Source of the DNA: a bacterium | Lineage (GTDB): Bacteria; Patescibacteriota; Microgenomatia; UBA1400; UBA12108 | Reading direction: 5' to 3' | Length of the DNA stretch: 40,617 bases | Assembly (NCBI GenBank): GCA_043809365.1 | Contig: JAZDDW010000027.1 | Span: 1-40,617, forward strand | Part shown: positions 37,711 through 40,617 of the stretch, piece by piece | Numbering within the stretch: position 1 is the first letter of the stretch | Layout: each line of letters opens with the position of its first letter | Notes under the pieces: generated by a model | The model's database searches: none | The model's input: the letters and a program-made list of their open reading frames with translations, nothing else | Told to the model about the DNA's origin: nothing | Program-made: the position numbers and the translations under genes

Positions 37711-37733
37711 TATCGGTAAATTATATCAGGAGA

Positions 37734-38309
37734 TTAGGTTTGTGGAGCAGTTGGGGTGGCATCGGCTGTGGCAGCGGACTTTAAGGAATCAAGTTCTTTT
37801 TGGATCTCGGCTAGGGCGGCTTCGTCGGCTTGCGGGTTGCCGGTGGGGGTAGCGCCGAGGGGAGCTGGAGTAGGGAGGGGAGCGGGCGAGGGACTGGCGG
37901 GCAATGGGGGGAGGTCAAGCGGGGGGACAGAAAGGGGCGGGATAGAAGGGGCAACAGGTTCGGACTTAGGTGGGGGCGGAACTTCCAGTGGTGGCTTTGG
38001 TAATGAGGGACTCCCAGGCTGCTGCGCGCCTGGAGTCATTTCTCGGGTCGCTTCAGGCGACTCGATGTGCAGAGGTGGGTTGCTTGACGCACCACCGAGT
38101 TTGGCGATGGACTCGTCGGCGAGCTTCATCCGGCGCTCGGTAGCTTTTTGGAAAATCTCTAATTCTTTGGTAATGGTAGGGAAGACTTTGGGGAGATCGG
38201 GCTCGGTAGTATTGTTGACGATGTCAATGAGGTTGATCTTAATAGGCTCGCGGAGAGGTGAGTCAATAAGAAGGTTGATGAGCGCTTGCTTGTTTAGTGT
38301 GTCGGGCAT
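37734..38309 (-). CDS. Proline-rich hypothetical protein
   Basis: Helical N-terminus, Pro-rich linker and a short C-terminal helix. Confidence 0.7.
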   Translation of the reverse strand: MPDTLNKQALINLLIDSPLREPIKINLIDIVNNTTEPDLPKVFPTITKELEIFQKATERRMKLADESIAKLGGASSNPPLHIESPEATREMTPGAQQPGSPSLPKPPLEVPPPPKSEPVAPSIPPLSVPPLDLPPLPASPSPAPLPTPAPLGATPTGNPQADEAALAEIQKELDSLKSAATADATPTAPQT

Positions 38310-38347
38310 TAGATATCATTTAGCGCCGTTTGTGATAAAATGTCAAT

Positions 38348-38527
38348 ATGGGAAAAGCGAGCAAAGGACCACGACAAGCATTTGGACTCAAGTGCTCGGT
38401 GTGTTCTAAATTTAATTACATCACGATGCGCAACAAGCTGAATACAGTTGAGAAATTGGTGTTATCCAAGTATTGTCCAACCTGCAAAAAACATACAGAT
38501 CACAAAGAGAGCAAGAAGTTAAAATAA
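38348..38527 (+). CDS. rpmG: 50S ribosomal protein L33, zinc-binding type (not in the ORF track)
   Basis: Hand translation [59 protein letters not shown]. Confidence 0.95.
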   Translation: MGKASKGPRQAFGLKCSVCSKFNYITMRNKLNTVEKLVLSKYCPTCKKHTDHKESKKLK

Positions 38528-39868
38528 TTTCCGGTGAAGCTTAAGGATGTTGTCGGCGCCGCGGGAGGTGGGGCGGGCGAGGTGGTTGGCACGAGTGAGA
38601 GCGAGCTCTACCCAAGGCCTATTTTTTTCAATGGGCATTGTTACAATCGCGCGTAATTGGGCTAGGATATTTTCAATGTCGGCACGGATGGAGACTCCTT
38701 GGGACTCTGTATAGGCACGAATATTCTCTTCCCATTCTCCCCAGGGGTGAAGAGTCAAGAGGAAACAGCCAGCCGCGATCGCCTCATAGGCCATATCACC
38801 GCTTGGTTTAGTAATAATTCCATCGGCCCAAGGGAATATATAGTCGAGGAGGAGCTCATTGGCGTCAACTATGTCATTACCACGAAAAACGCGGAAGGGA
38901 GCTTGGGGGTCGGTCATTTCCCCGATTTTAATCTGGTGGACGCGGGCAAAAGTGGTAAACATGGTCTCAAAATCAACGTGTACCCCGGCGTAAGCGGCGA
39001 GATGAAGCTCACCTTTTTTGATGGCAGGAGCGAGATGAGTCAGAAGGTTTTCAATTTCGGGTTTATTGGTGCCTAATCCACCGGTGGTGATGGCGAGGCG
39101 GAGAGGGCGTCCCGCTAAACGGGATTTCCCTACGGTCAAATATCTGCCCTTGTAGTGATTACGATCCTTGGTAATTATTCTGGGATCTACGGGACAACCA
39201 GTCACGTGGACGCGCTTTTCCTCGACTTTGTGGCCAAGAATATAGGCGAGTTCGATAAGGCGAGCCTTGGTCAGTTCGTCAAAGACGGCCCATGATAGTT
39301 TGGGATTGTCGGCGTGGGTTAGATATTGTGGGCGGACATGAGGATCGGTGACAACTTGGAGCACGGTTTTACCATTCTCGAGCAAGATATTGCCGGCTTC
39401 GTAGTGGAGGGAGATGAGGGGGCGAGTGACGCGCCCGGTGACGTAGGTCAAGGGTTCGCGAATAGCTCCGGTGAGGGGGAGTTGGTTGCGCAGGCGGGTA
39501 TCCATAAGGTCCTTGAGTTCTTTGAGAATGGGGGAGCGGGCAATGAGGCGACCCATACGCTCTGTAAACATAATTTTGGGCCAATCTTTGGCCGAGACGT
39601 AGTTGGTGGGGTCAATCATCCAGAAGGTTTGGCGATTTTTGGTGGCTGCCACCACCAGAGCGTTGGCCATAGAATAGTGGGCGCGGGAGAAGGTGACGTC
39701 GGGAGTTTCCTCGGTCGGCTTTTCGCCAAAACGAGCTTCAAGTTCTTCTTTAAAAGTGGCCGAAACGGTGACGATGGGGATCTGCACAGTCTCGAGGAGA
39801 TGGCGTTCTTCGTGGGCGGTCCGCTTAAATTCGAGATCCTCGGGAATGGGGCGGTGTAGGGTGGGCAT
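38519..39868 (-). CDS. Putative GT-B fold glycosyltransferase (GT28/MGDG synthase-like)
   Basis: [26 protein letters not shown]...EAIAAG and GEWEEN. Confidence 0.65.
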   Translation of the reverse strand: MPTLHRPIPEDLEFKRTAHEERHLLETVQIPIVTVSATFKEELEARFGEKPTEETPDVTFSRAHYSMANALVVAATKNRQTFWMIDPTNYVSAKDWPKIMFTERMGRLIARSPILKELKDLMDTRLRNQLPLTGAIREPLTYVTGRVTRPLISLHYEAGNILLENGKTVLQVVTDPHVRPQYLTHADNPKLSWAVFDELTKARLIELAYILGHKVEEKRVHVTGCPVDPRIITKDRNHYKGRYLTVGKSRLAGRPLRLAITTGGLGTNKPEIENLLTHLAPAIKKGELHLAAYAGVHVDFETMFTTFARVHQIKIGEMTDPQAPFRVFRGNDIVDANELLLDYIFPWADGIITKPSGDMAYEAIAAGCFLLTLHPWGEWEENIRAYTESQGVSIRADIENILAQLRAIVTMPIEKNRPWVELALTRANHLARPTSRGADNILKLHRKLF

Positions 39869-39889
39869 GAGAACAGGATAGCGCAAACG

Positions 39890-40300
39890 TTACAGAGAAG
39901 CAACGTCACGAGTAGTGACTAAGCTAGCCAAGTTGACAGTTTTGTGTTCTGCAGTCCAGACAAGGCCTTTGGAGGGAGAAATATATGGAGTTTTTGGACG
40001 AAAGTTCACTGCACGAGAGTTAAATATGGTTGCTTGAACGCCCCTCATTTGCTCCAATACAATTTTGTGTGTTTGTTCTTCAGGTTCCATGGCTCTCAAC
40101 ATGCTTTGGATAACTTCTAGCTCTCTACGACTAATGAGTTGTTCGATCCGAAGAACTGCTCCCGGAGTATTACTGCAGTTTTTAATTAGAGGGTATGAGA
40201 GTCCTGATTTTGATAATAATCCTAGCTTGCGAGCGACTGAATAGAGTACGCTTTTATTTATTGAACCCTCGTAGAATGCAGTGTCGAAAAGTAGAGACAA
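39890..40300 (-). CDS. Hypothetical protein; frame stays open to about 40474 without a standard start
   Basis: Open frame only; start uncertain. Confidence 0.4.
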   Translation of the reverse strand: MSLLFDTAFYEGSINKSVLYSVARKLGLLSKSGLSYPLIKNCSNTPGAVLRIEQLISRRELEVIQSMLRAMEPEEQTHKIVLEQMRGVQATIFNSRAVNFRPKTPYISPSKGLVWTAEHKTVNLASLVTTRDVASL

Positions 40301-40617
40301 TTCTTGTTGAAAATCGGTGTATTGGGTGATGAGCTCAATTGCATCAAGTTCGTGGAGAATGGGAGCATGTTGGAGATTGTCTATAAGCTGGGAGTAGGGG
40401 GTGGGAGCAAGATGTTGATTTTCGTGCTGACACCATTCTATATACTGGGCATCGCTTTCAAATGATTTCGGAGTTTAGGTAATGTAATCAATCGGTGTGG
40501 CTAGTTAGGGGTTTAGTAGTCGTTTCCACTTGTCCCATAGCAGTTTCCGGCGGCGGGGAGTTTTGAGTCTCGAAAACGCGAGCTTCCAGCACATAATCGA
40601 CAATTGTTTTCCCTTGC

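Overview
Bacterial chromosomal segment read in genetic code 11 (TGA is used as a stop). Gene content and style suggest a Candidate Phyla Radiation/Patescibacteria genome, most likely Microgenomates; this is inference, not a database result. Housekeeping genes include argS, ndk, mreB, dus, rplL-J-A-K, nusG, secE, frr, galU, a PBP2, rpmG and six intact tRNAs. Accessory genes include three AbiEii-type nucleotidyltransferase TA pairs, Fic, an AAA_14 ATPase, a GIY-YIG nuclease and a RAYT HUH transposase. The main unusual signals are five. (1) Two 'Russian-doll' tRNA loci: an outer tRNA is split at its anticodon loop and encloses a different, complete tRNA for the same amino acid, once together with a GIY-YIG gene. 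(2) A 20-bp palindrome, CCTGCCTGCCGGCAGGCAGG, inserts cleanly with no target duplication; it is 20 nt outside genes and 21 nt (frame-preserving) in all three complete coding copies. (3) A self-contained F1-like ATPase operon (alpha, gamma, beta, short epsilon) has no a, b or delta genes and is led by a secreted-domain/subunit-c-like fusion lacking the ion-carrying carboxylate. (4) RAYT-linked REP palindromes and several 7-8-nt tandem repeat families are translated in-frame inside essential enzymes. (5) One gene's C-terminus occurs in three serial, synonymously recoded copies around an inserted ATPase gene.
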